Shown: positions 25,191 through 34,553, counted from the stretch's first letter. The stretch is DNA of 64,000 nt from an uncultured Chloroflexia bacterium (GCA_963743795.1 CAVUQZ010000009.1:4162-68161); one strand, 5' to 3'. Numbers and translations are program-made. The notes: generated by a model from the sequence alone, not told the origin.

Positions 25191-25292
25191 CTTGCCCGAC
25201 GTCCCCGCGCGAGCTGGCCGTACTGCGCCGGGATCGTCAGCGGGCTGCGGAGCGGGCCAAGCCGAGGCTGGCCGTCGCAGTTCACCGGCGGA

Positions 25293-25385
25293 TCATTCCC
25301 ACCACTCCCGACGTGGCCTAAGGTCTTCGGCGGTGAGGAGGTCGTCATTGGTGGGCTGGTCTTCATCGGCGAGGTCGTCGTACAT
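25293..25385 (-). CDS. Small acidic ORF (MYDDLADEDQPTNDDLLTAEDL...), may continue downstream after a frameshift
   Basis: High GC3 and an acidic, protein-like composition. The adjacent frame continues GNDPPVNCDGQPRLGPLRSPLTIPAQYGQLARG. Confidence 0.3.
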   Translation of the reverse strand: MYDDLADEDQPTNDDLLTAEDLRPRREWWE

Positions 25386-25395
25386 CGACCTGTCG

Positions 25396-25722
25396 TCAAC
25401 GCTTGGCCCGGGCTCCGACCCGCATATCGACCTCGAGCAGCGCGTCGATCTCGGGGTTAGTGAGCCACGCTAGCGTCTCCAGGATTGGGCCGCGTCGTTC
25501 CATGGAGGGTGCTCTTTGCTGCGCCGGACTGGTCAGATACCCGACGATGCGCCGTCGAACCTCGCTGACAAGGTTGGCCCTGGCCTCTGAGAGGCTGGCC
25601 CCCTCGGCCCATATCCTCAAGGCGTCGAGTTGCAGGCTCACCCCGCCGGGGTATTCCCGGCCGCTGACGTGAAACGCCCCTGGGAGCGGCAGTTCCGGCT
25701 TGGGCACGGGACGATTGTGCAA
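25396..25722 (-). CDS. Hypothetical protein; N-terminal part faintly HicB/UPF0150-like
   Basis: 108-aa ORF. FHVSGREYPGGVSLQLDALRIWAEGASLSEARANLVSEV resembles the antitoxin-type alpha/beta fold, by pattern recall only. Confidence 0.4.
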   Translation of the reverse strand: MHNRPVPKPELPLPGAFHVSGREYPGGVSLQLDALRIWAEGASLSEARANLVSEVRRRIVGYLTSPAQQRAPSMERRGPILETLAWLTNPEIDALLEVDMRVGARAKR

Positions 25723-25886
25723 GCCGCCCGCAACAGCGAGGAGCTCACATGGTAGACCGCCCAGGAACGATCCGTGAGTCGAAGGACATTCCCAAGCCCG
25801 CCGAGCTGCCGCTCCAATTCCGTGCTAGGTTGGCCGCGACGCCCCGGAGCGGGCTGGTCGGGCGAGTCTGGGACGACGGGTTTGCG

Positions 25887-26240
25887 CTATCGCCTTACCC
25901 ATCGCGGCAGTGGCCTAGCCGCGAGCATCGCGAACTGGCGCTTCAGTTCTGTCTCCAGCGCCTTCCAGTGTTCGCTCACCACCCAGGCCACCTCGACGCC
26001 GGCCAAGACCTCCGGCTCGAAGAGTGCGGCGTGGATGCGTTTGGTCGTCGGGCCGCCAACGCCGCCGATGTAGTTGCCGAACAGGCGTCGGCCAAGCTTG
26101 TCGGTCGCTCCGATGTAGATGATCTCGCCTGACGCGGCCTTCCGGAAGACGTAGCAACCCCGAACGTCGCCGTACTGCGGCAGATCCGCTGCGCACAAAC
26201 GGTCGAGCCGTATCCACGTTGCGTCGCGCAGCGCTTCCAT
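25887..26240 (-). CDS. Stand-alone GIY-YIG nuclease-domain protein (117 aa)
   Basis: GCYVFRKAASGEIIYIGATDKLGRRLFGNY matches the GIY-(x10)-YIG...R motif. TATGCT lies 6 nt upstream of the ATG. Confidence 0.65.
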   Translation of the reverse strand: MEALRDATWIRLDRLCAADLPQYGDVRGCYVFRKAASGEIIYIGATDKLGRRLFGNYIGGVGGPTTKRIHAALFEPEVLAGVEVAWVVSEHWKALETELKRQFAMLAARPLPRWVRR

Positions 26241-26306
26241 CAGTCCAGCATACAGGCCGCCCGCCCCGGACTGGGCCGATCAAGGGGCCGATGCGAGAAT
26301 GCACAC

Positions 26307-27008
26307 ATGCTCTCTGCCTGGTATCTCGCGGTCCGGGGTAACGACGCCGACCTAGTCGCGCTCGGCAGACTGTGCACGTCCTCGTCAGACCACTCCTTAG
26401 CTCTGGAGGCAGGCGAGTGGCGCCTGCGGTCCTCGACAGTCGGGTCGACACTCGGTCACGAGGACGCGTGGCCGGCCCTGCGTGACCTACTCGTGCAGTT
26501 ATCAGACGTGGCAGCAGGCGCGGGATACACGCGAGTGCGGGTGGTCCCCGGCGCGCTCGGGCGTACCCGACCAGACGGCGCGTCAGACCTGTTCGTCCAT
26601 CCCGGTGCTGCCCGAGCCAGGGCGCAGGCGCTACCTCCAACGATTGTCGTCAACGGAAGCATCCCCGAACCGATGGAGGTCAGACTGCTTCGCCTGCAGG
26701 CGTCGAACAAGCACCTTCGTCTCGCCCTGCACTTTCTGAACGCCGACCTGTCGTGGTTCAACCTCTGGAAGGCGTACGAGACGATACGGGACGCCAACAA
26801 CGGCGCTCCCGGCCTTGTCACCCACGGGTGGGCGAGCCTTCCAGAGTTGGAACGGTTCCGGAAGACCGCGAACACGTACGCGGCTGTGGGCGACGACGCA
26901 CGGCACGCCATGCTCGCGGACGCGCCTCCACCCGATCCTATGGGCTTGGAGGAGGCCGAGGACTACGTCAGGGCCATCCTCGCCCGATGGCTCGACTCTC
27001 TCGCTTGA
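26307..27008 (+). CDS. Hypothetical 233-aa protein, no family recognised
   Basis: Clean ORF, divergent from the GIY-YIG gene across 66 bp. Conserved-looking C-terminal helices: LALHFLNADLSWFNLWKAYETIRD...RFRKTANTYAAVGDDARHA. Confidence 0.55.
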   Translation: MLSAWYLAVRGNDADLVALGRLCTSSSDHSLALEAGEWRLRSSTVGSTLGHEDAWPALRDLLVQLSDVAAGAGYTRVRVVPGALGRTRPDGASDLFVHPGAARARAQALPPTIVVNGSIPEPMEVRLLRLQASNKHLRLALHFLNADLSWFNLWKAYETIRDANNGAPGLVTHGWASLPELERFRKTANTYAAVGDDARHAMLADAPPPDPMGLEEAEDYVRAILARWLDSLA

Positions 27009-27303
27009 ACGAGTGTGCACCTCGAACTAGGGCCGCGTCGCCCCGGACCGGACTGGTCGGATGTCTCCGAGATCGAGCCTCCGGGCGCGGAGCGCGGCCC
27101 AAGACAAAGGCTAGCGATCGCCGCTTTGCTGCGAGTTATCAGCCGGACACGTTGGCCTTGTTGGCGTCGGGGCCGCGGGCTCGTCTGGCGGTCGATCCGG
27201 TCGGGCGGTCTGTAGGTGCACCGAAAGGACAGCCTGTCCACGGCAGGTGATTCGTGCTGCCCGAGCCCCCGCCGGGGCCGTCTCACAAGGAGGTCATTTC
27301 GGA

Positions 27304-27380
27304 GCGGAGCGAGAGGATTTGAACCTCTGGTACCAGGCCACGGATCGCGCTGCCCGAGTGGATCGCCCCACGGCGCTCGG
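27304..27380 (-). other. tRNA-like element / tRNA pseudogene, inverted relative to tRNA-Pro
   Basis: Minus strand: acceptor CCGAGCG/CGCTCCG (6 of 7 pairs), D arm GTGG-GGCGAT-CCAC, T arm AGAGG-TTCAAAT-CCTCT. No foldable anticodon arm. Shares the 18-nt aggttcaaatcctctcgc with tRNA-Pro(CGG) (20452-20469 = complement of 27309-27326). Confidence 0.45.
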
Positions 27381-27480
27381 TGGAGCCGCGTAAGTCGGAC
27401 AGAGTCGTCGTCCGGGCGTCAGGCGGAGGTAGCTGCGGGGTACCATGGCCCCGTGGTCGTTGACACCGCGCTGAAATGCT

Positions 27481-29104
27481 GTGCGGGATGGGATGGCACT
27501 CGAGCACCTTGAACTGCTCCGAAACGGGGGGGTCGCCGCATCTGGGCGGAAGAGCCTTTACGACCGCGCGACCGGCAAGTTCTACACGCCTGAACTGATC
27601 GGAAGGCACCTTGCCTCCGCGGTCGTGCGGCATCTCCCGGCATGGGTGCGGCCGACAATTCGGGTCGCCGACCCGTTTTGTGGCGACGGCCGCCTGGTCG
27701 TCTGGTTCCTCGAGGCGGCCCGATCCCGGCTGGACCTCCTGACGGTTCGGTGGGAGATCGTCTTGTGGGACAGCGATCCCGTTGCTCTCGGGATGGCCGA
27801 GAGCAACGTAGCTGACGCACTGTGCCAGACAGGTGTCACAGCTCGGGTAGACATTGCGGTTGTGGACACCTTCAGCCACGCGCCCATGCAGTTCGGGTCA
27901 TTCGACGTCGTGCTAACCAATCCGCCGTGGGAAACCCTCAAGCCGGACCGCCGGGAAATGACGCTGCTCTCCCCGGCCGACGCTGCCGAGTACGTCGGTG
28001 CGCTACGGGGGCAGTCCAACAGCCTTGTTGAGCAGTATCCCGTTTCGTGTCCCCGTTCTAGGTTCTCAGGTTGGGGTGTCAACCTTGCACGCGTCGGAGT
28101 GGAGATTGCCCTACGCTTGATCGGCGAAGATGGCGTCTGCGGCATCGTCTCGCCGGCATCCCTCCTCGCGGATCGAACGTCGATTGCGATACGGGAGTGG
28201 ATGGCGAGCCGCTTCCACGTGCGGGAGATCGCGCACTTTCCAGCCGAAGCACGCCTCTTTGACCGAGTTGACCAGCCCGCGGTCACGTTCGTTGCCTCCC
28301 CAGGGGCTGGTGACATTGACGTCGCAGTTACGAGGTTCTCGCCAAGCCGAGAACGCATCGATGACTGGAGATACAGGGCGAGTTTGCAGGAGCTCGCGGC
28401 GACCGATTTCGCGTTGCCAATTCAGCTTGGCCCGGACGCAGCGCGCGTTCTGGCACGCATTGCTGGGCACCCTCGGTTTCGCGACCTTGAGGGCCCCGGG
28501 CCACGTGACCTGTGGGCGGGGCGAGAGCTTGATGAAACCGACCGCCGACGCTACCTGGGACACCGCGGACCTCATCCGTTCGTAAAGGGCCGCATGATCG
28601 CCCGGTATGTGATCGCAGAGCAGCCGACCCTGACGGTCGACGCCGACGGCCCACGCATCCCGAAATCCGTGGCGTTTCCCCGCTTAGCGTGGCGCGACGT
28701 CTCCCGCCCGAAATCAGCGGCGTCGCATGCAAGCGACACTGCTTCCGGCGGGCTGGGTCACCGGGAACTCATTGAGTGTCGCGTACTTCCGGGATGGAGA
28801 CATGGGACGGCTCAAGGCCCTCTTAGCAGTCCTGAACTCGGCGGTGTTCGAGTGCCAAGTCCGTGCGCACCTAGCGACAGCCCACGTCTCGCTCAGCACG
28901 GTGCGGATGTGTCGGGTGCCAACGCTCGATGACGCTGCGGTCGGCAGCCTGGCCGACTTGGTCGACAAGCGCATGAAAGACGGACCCGATTCCGATGCAG
29001 AGATAGAAGTCGCGGTGGCGTCCCTCTACGGGATCGCCGATGAGCTGGACACGGTCCACGCTCTCCTCATCGGCGCTTCTCGTCGGCTGGCACCAGAGGC
29101 GTAG
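27481..29104 (+). CDS. N6-adenine DNA methyltransferase (gamma-class, Eco57I/TaqI-like with C-terminal target-recognition domain), one frameshift near 28720
   Basis: Motif [12 protein letters not shown] and motif [12 protein letters not shown], then [11 protein letters not shown]. The TRD continues in ORF 28727..29104 ([21 protein letters not shown]). ATG 27493 is an alternative start. Confidence 0.8.
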
Positions 29105-29108
29105 GCGA

Positions 29109-30329
29109 ATGACCGAGACGCTACGGAGGCCCACCAGTGAGATCCCGAACCATTACACGCCCCCTCTGAGCGACCTCGATGCGCTCGTTGTCCGTTCGGT
29201 GCCGCCAGGCGGGAATTGGAAGGACATCCCGGCCTCGGTGCCCTCCAAACGCCTCGCACAGATACGAACGAGCTACGCCGCAGGCGAGGGCAGCCGGTCG
29301 ACGTACTACGGCCGATTGAAACCAGATGCTCCTTCGTACACGATCGGCACGTATATCGGGCGCCCCGGCAACGGTTGTCATATCCACTATGACGCCGATG
29401 GAGGCCAACACCGCCTGATTTCCCAACGAGAGGCGGCACGGCTTCAAAGCTTCCCCGACGCCTTTGAATTCCACGGGAGCCGCTCTGCAGTCAACGTGCA
29501 GATTGGGAACGCCGTGCCGCCATTGCTGGCCTATCAGGTGGCGCGTGGGGTTTCACCCTCGCCTGCCGAGTTCGTTGATCTGTTCTGTGGCGCCGGCGGA
29601 CTCTCCCTCGGCTTTGCATGGGCCGGCTGGAAACCCTTGGCCGCAAGCGACTGGGACCGGGCCGCCCTACGAACATACGCCTCGAACATCCACGAGCGTG
29701 TCGTTGAGGGCGACATTCGCGAGGAGGCTGTGCTTTCAAACCTGGTCGACCAAGCTCTCTCCGGCCGGTCCCAGGAACTGCCGTTGTGGGTGCTAGGGGG
29801 TCCCCCCTGCCAAGGGTTCTCGACGGCCGGCAAACCTAGGAGCCTCCGGGATGATCGCAATCGGCTGTTCGAGCGATACCGTGACGCTCTGGTCGCTCTA
29901 CAGCCGGACGGTTTCGTCTTCGAGAATGTCCTAGGGCTGCTCAACATGCACGGCGGCGCCGTCGTCGATCTGATACGGCAAGAGCTCGGAGCTGCGGGTT
30001 ACGAAACGGATCTGTGGATCGTCCGGGCTGAGGAGTTTGGCGTTCCTCAACGGCGCCATCGGGTTCTGATCGTCGGACACCGGCGGGGGAGGGCTCGCCC
30101 CTCGCGCCCAGCCCCGGTCACGGTCTTGCCGAGCAAGATGACCGTCGACGGGTTGCCGGCCTCTTACACAGCGAAAGAGGCGCTCGGGGATCTGCCACCT
30201 CTCAAGCCCGGTCAGGATGGCGCGAATTTGGCCTATACGTCGGAGCCCCAGAACTTGTACCAGCTTTACGCCCGGGATAATCTCAGCCCAGCCGAATTCC
30301 TCAACGCACTCAGCGAGGGCCGACGTTGA
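29109..30329 (+). CDS. C5-cytosine DNA methyltransferase with circularly permuted motif order (IX-X then I-VIII)
   Basis: N-terminal part RLISQREAARLQSFPDAFEF (IX) and QIGNAVPPLLA (X). Then DLFCGAGGLSLGF (I), GGPPCQGFS (IV), FVFENV (VI), QRRHRVLIVG (VIII). ATG 29109 lies 4 nt after the upstream stop. Confidence 0.85.
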   Translation: MTETLRRPTSEIPNHYTPPLSDLDALVVRSVPPGGNWKDIPASVPSKRLAQIRTSYAAGEGSRSTYYGRLKPDAPSYTIGTYIGRPGNGCHIHYDADGGQHRLISQREAARLQSFPDAFEFHGSRSAVNVQIGNAVPPLLAYQVARGVSPSPAEFVDLFCGAGGLSLGFAWAGWKPLAASDWDRAALRTYASNIHERVVEGDIREEAVLSNLVDQALSGRSQELPLWVLGGPPCQGFSTAGKPRSLRDDRNRLFERYRDALVALQPDGFVFENVLGLLNMHGGAVVDLIRQELGAAGYETDLWIVRAEEFGVPQRRHRVLIVGHRRGRARPSRPAPVTVLPSKMTVDGLPASYTAKEALGDLPPLKPGQDGANLAYTSEPQNLYQLYARDNLSPAEFLNALSEGRR

Positions 30330-31661
30330 TCCCGGTTGCTGACTCCGGACTTTATGGCGCGGCCCTGACAGAACTGAATGCCTACACTCGGGAATGTCAG
30401 CGATTGACGGGCGAGGCATACAAGGGCCACTTCGTCCAGATCTTCCTCGGCCTAAAGTTCTGGCAGCAAGCGGTCCCGAGCATGTTCTCAGGCCAGGGCA
30501 TCCGAGGCCGGGCCATTTCAGAGCCTGCTTGATGACCTATACGCGAAGTCATCCCGCCCAGCTAACGCCTGTGTGGCGATGATCTTCGATGGCTCACATC
30601 TGGCTCGGACCGGCATCGTGGGGCCGGGGAACAGGACCGCCCAGAACAATTGGCGGAACAACTTCCACCTTCAGAAGGGCGTCGGCTGCTACGCGGACGC
30701 GTCGGAGCTTTCGTCACCCGCCTTCCTCGGCGAGCCGCGCCGTGCCTGCCGCCACCTCCGACCAGTCCGCGCTGGACAGCTCCGGGGTGCAACATGCGAA
30801 CTCGCGCTCGCAAGTCCGAGGTACCGGGCCGAGGATCATCAAAAGTGGCTGAAGATCTACCCGGACGGCAAAACCGTCGCGAGCGTCGACACGATGCTCG
30901 TCTCCAACTTCGAATCGTGGGTGGCGGCTGGGGGCAGGCGGCTTCCGATCGTGCCGCTGATCGTCGCCCTCTATCACGACGCCGACCCCGGACTGGCGAC
31001 CGGCGCACGAGCCCTTGCAGGCGTCGACGTGGCGGATTTCGTCGCCGACTTCAACCTGTCGCCGAATGAGGTCGGCGCTTACTTCGACCAGGATCCCGCG
31101 AATCGCCACAATGCGGCCCTTGTAGGCGGACCTTGGGGAATCTCGTACTCGCCGTTCACACTCGCGATGATGGCCCCTTCGCCGCCGGTGTCCGCAGGCC
31201 GGCCGGCAGGGCCTGCCGTGACGACCCCTCGCCCACGGACAATCCCTGCGCCGGTGCTGACAGCAACGCCAGTGGCTCCTCCGGTCGCGACAGCGTGGTG
31301 GGACGCGGAGGCACTGGTGAAGCGAGCGCTAGAGGACGACGGCTGGACGGTCTACGACGTGTCCCGTCAGCAGCTCGGATACGACCTGTTCGCGCAGAAG
31401 AGGTCGCGAACGCTACATGTTGATGCGAAGAGCTCGTCGAGTTACTGCACTCCGACCCTCACCGCACGTGAATGGCGACAGGCAACGACCCTCCGAGATC
31501 AGTACGTGCTGGCAATCGTCGAGAACTTCGATCCCACGGGGATCAACAACGTCTACTGGGTGCGCGATCCGACGATAACGTGCATGTCGCGGCCTCGCAC
31601 GATGACTGAATACGCCATCCCACGCAGCTCGTGGACTCGAGCGACTGTGCCGTCTCCGTAG
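30326..31661 (+). CDS. Putative restriction endonuclease: unknown N-terminal region plus C-terminal DUF3883/NOV_C-like PD-(D/E)xK domain; one frameshift near 30500
   Basis: The TTG start overlaps the dcm stop (TTGA). Frame a (30326..30532) joins frame b (...SLLDDLYAKSS...MIFDGSHLARTGIVGP...NNWRNNFHLQKG). C-terminus: GYDLFAQKRSRTLHVDAKSS...LTAREW...YVLAIVENF. Confidence 0.6.
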
Positions 31662-31767
31662 CAGCTCTAAGACCACCCGTCGAGAGAGTGGCATGCACCC
31701 CGTCAAGGGTCCTGTTAGCAGTCGCTGATTACCACACGCTTCCCGAGAAACAGGACTTCGCGAGGCG

Positions 31768-32751
31768 CTACCAGAGCGGAATGCGGGCGCGCATCGAGTG
31801 CCGAGCCAGCGCCGGCGGTACTTGCAGCATGTCGGCACACCGTTCGAGCACGGCCTTCCCCACGACGTGAGCCAGGTGGATCTCGGTTGTCAGCAAGGTC
31901 GCGGCAACGATCTCACTGAGGGCATCGTGGAACGTGGCGGCGTCAGCCGGCCCGAGCGCCCCCGAAAGCAGGGCGTCCCCTTCCTTGTAGTTCGACCGAA
32001 CGCGGAGCCGCCAGAGCAGATCGAAGAGCGTGGTCGGACGCATCGCGGTCGCCCTAGCCGTGAGGATCGCAGCGGGGAGGTTCTTTCGAGGTATTCCTGC
32101 CCGCGTCGTTAGCTTCTCGAGCCACTTGTCGCGGTGGTCGTTTATCTGTTCGCGGCGAGTGGTCATCAGGCCCTTGGCCAGAAGGTGCGGCGCGTTCGCG
32201 GCGTGTGGTGCCGATAGGTTGCTGATGCCCGGGTTAGGCGTCGTCGTCCCAAATCCGTCGAACGTCCAGGCGCCGGGCGCGCCGCCCACGCGCGCGGTCC
32301 ACGGCACGACGAAGGGGGTATCGGCATGCGCGACGTTGCTGCCGGCCCAGGCGAGCAGCCCGGCGTGGGTCTTCGGTGGTTTCGATCCGCCGATCGTCAT
32401 ATGGAGGGCAGTGAAGACTTCGAAGACCGCATAGTAGGCCTGCACGGGCGCCCATAGGTTGGCGAAGGCGATCAGATCGCCCCCGCCGAGAACCCGCGGG
32501 GAGTTCAAGAGAACCTCGGTCGCCCAACCGTTGCGAAGGATCTCGGCACCGCGGCTCGTCAAGTTCATGCTGTTAGCGGCCGTGCGCGTCATCCACCGCC
32601 GTGCTTTCACTGCTCCCGCAAGACCCGGGAGGAGGCCGCCCGGGTGTGGGTACAGATCTCGCGCCCAGTTGCAGGTCGCGCACAGGTAGCCGCGGAAGGT
32701 CTGAAAGACCATCTCCTCGTCGGAGCCCGTCGGGAGCGTGATAATCGGCAC
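31768..32751 (-). CDS. Hypothetical 327-aa protein (size and a RVRSNYKEGD segment recall YaaC-like proteins; not verified)
   Basis: Clean ORF with a GTG start and no frameshift, in the AT-richer cargo region. Confidence 0.55.
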   Translation of the reverse strand: MPIITLPTGSDEEMVFQTFRGYLCATCNWARDLYPHPGGLLPGLAGAVKARRWMTRTAANSMNLTSRGAEILRNGWATEVLLNSPRVLGGGDLIAFANLWAPVQAYYAVFEVFTALHMTIGGSKPPKTHAGLLAWAGSNVAHADTPFVVPWTARVGGAPGAWTFDGFGTTTPNPGISNLSAPHAANAPHLLAKGLMTTRREQINDHRDKWLEKLTTRAGIPRKNLPAAILTARATAMRPTTLFDLLWRLRVRSNYKEGDALLSGALGPADAATFHDALSEIVAATLLTTEIHLAHVVGKAVLERCADMLQVPPALARHSMRARIPLW

Positions 32752-32962
32752 GCGCCGAGCCTACTACCGAAACGTCGGCCCTATGTCCGGCCTGGGGCAA
32801 TTCGGCACGGTCGGGTCATTCATCGGAGCGCGCTCCGAAATGACCTCGTTTTGGGATGGGCTCGGCCTCGTCGGAGTCGAGCACGGAAATCCTGGTCAGG
32901 CCCATGGCACCGTTTCGGCGCACGTGGCAGCGCGGCCCAGCTCGCTGGCGCTCGGCAGGCGT

Positions 32963-33732
32963 CTAGGAGCTGCCGTCCCGCTGGCTGATGTGCTGCTTCA
33001 CCGACTCGGGCAGGCCGTCGTACAGCGACTGCATCTGCTTGGGCTTCGCCACTAGGTCCTCGGTGATGGCGTTCAGCACCGCGAACATGGTGGCTGCTCG
33101 GTCCCGGTCGTCGGTCATGTCGATCTCGCCGGGATGAATGGCGTTGTTTCCCGTGACCCGTACCACGTCCAGTGCCTGCTGCACCATGGGCCGTAGGCCT
33201 CGGTCCTTCACCATCCGGCCGATCACCGTATCGAGCTTGCCGTGCTCGCCAAGCGACTCGCACAGCTCCTGCAGCGCCAGACGAAGCAGGGCGGCCGCTC
33301 CCGAGGCGAGGCGTCCAGCACCGCGGCTGCCTCAAGGTAGGTGTCGCGCGCCGGCGACGGCAGGTCGGGGTGGGGCTGCTCGGCGCTGTTCACGGGCGGA
33401 TACAGGATGCGGTCCTCGTACCAGACCATCTCGAAGTCGCACATCTGACAGCGCGAGACGGCGAACGTGGGCGCCTCCTCGTATTCCTTGGGGTTGGTGC
33501 CCCGCTTCACGCGATAAAGCGGCGTCCAGTACTGGTGGGAGTAGACGAGGCAGTGCGGGCATGACCACGCCGACGCCCACCCACTGACGTTCGAGTCGCG
33601 AGTCGGCGCCACCCACCTATGCCTGCGTTCCACCTGATCACCACCCTCTCCCGCCGGCTGGCTCGCGTACCTGCGCACGCGAGGCGCCACGGCTTCGGCG
33701 TGGCTCGGGCTGTCGTCGGGAGGGTCGGACAT
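32963..33732 (-). CDS. Zn-ribbon + DUF4145-domain protein, one frameshift near 33290-33310
   Basis: CPHC...CQMC cysteine pairs (33223..33732). C-terminal ALDVVRVTGNNAIHPGEI (the GNxAxH signature of DUF4145) in 32963..33226 and its in-frame upstream extension (AAALLRLALQELCESLG). Confidence 0.7.
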
Positions 33733-33936
33733 AAAGCCCCCTGGGTGTCAGACACAGGGTATCAGGGCAGGTCAGCCGCGTTAGCGAGCCCGTGGTGGCC
33801 CCGACGCCAGCGCCAGGACTGGCCGCACGTCTGCGGGATCGTCGGCACTGAGCGGAGCGGGGCCGACTGGAGCCTAACGGCAGCCGATTGTCGGCGGCTT
33901 ATCTCGTCTGCCTCACCGGCGCTCCGCCATGGCGTC

Positions 33937-34374
33937 ATGATGGACGCGATGGATCACGATGTCGCGCTCGTGCTCGCTGGTGGTCTGATCGCCTTCGTGT
34001 CGAGCATCGGTCTGGCGTGGCTTCAGCACCGCTGGACCGTCCGTGATCGCCGCGCTCGGGCCGAGCGAGAGGCCCTTGACTTGACGGTCCAGTCGATCTT
34101 GGCGTGGCGGGACCTTGCGCGGGTCTTGGCCGGCGAGGACACTGCCGACGTGCGTGAGCGGCTGGCCAAGCTCGACGAACGCTGGGAGATCGATATGCGG
34201 TTGATCCCTGACCACAAGTCGGCGCAGGCCCTGCTTCGCCTGTGCAAGGAAGTGATGCTGGCGCCGCGAAGCGCCAGGGAATCGCCCCAGTCCATCGACC
34301 TGTTCAACCAGCTCCTGGTGCTGGCGGATCAGGTGCTCGACTCGGCGAAGCAGCGCTACCGGGACCTATCCTGA
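33937..34374 (+). CDS. Small membrane-anchored helical protein (145 aa)
   Basis: The internal ATG 33937 gives MMDAMDHDVALVLAGGLIAFVSSIGLAWL (one TM) followed by a helical domain. The upstream part of ORF 33619..34374 is antisense to the DUF4145 gene. Confidence 0.5.
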   Translation: MMDAMDHDVALVLAGGLIAFVSSIGLAWLQHRWTVRDRRARAEREALDLTVQSILAWRDLARVLAGEDTADVRERLAKLDERWEIDMRLIPDHKSAQALLRLCKEVMLAPRSARESPQSIDLFNQLLVLADQVLDSAKQRYRDLS

Positions 34375-34553
34375 CCGTCTCCGCCCTACTAACTAGGCCC
34401 TTGCCGAGATACTGGCCGCAGACCTGGGCCAGGCGGTCCCAAACGATCTGGTCGCGGAACTGCTTGACGGGCGCCGACGACGGCTTGACCACGGCCATGT
34501 CAGGGCGCAGAGCGGTTGCGGCCGATCTCGACGGTTAGCTTGTTATCTCGGCC

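Noticed and set aside
24977-25321. Full-length ssb gene (114-aa ORF in the track).
   Set aside because: Only about 50 aa resemble SSB. The rest (CPCPTSPRELAVLRRDRQRAAER...) is shadow-like, and the opposite strand has the better coding signal beyond about 25195. Kept only as a fragment.
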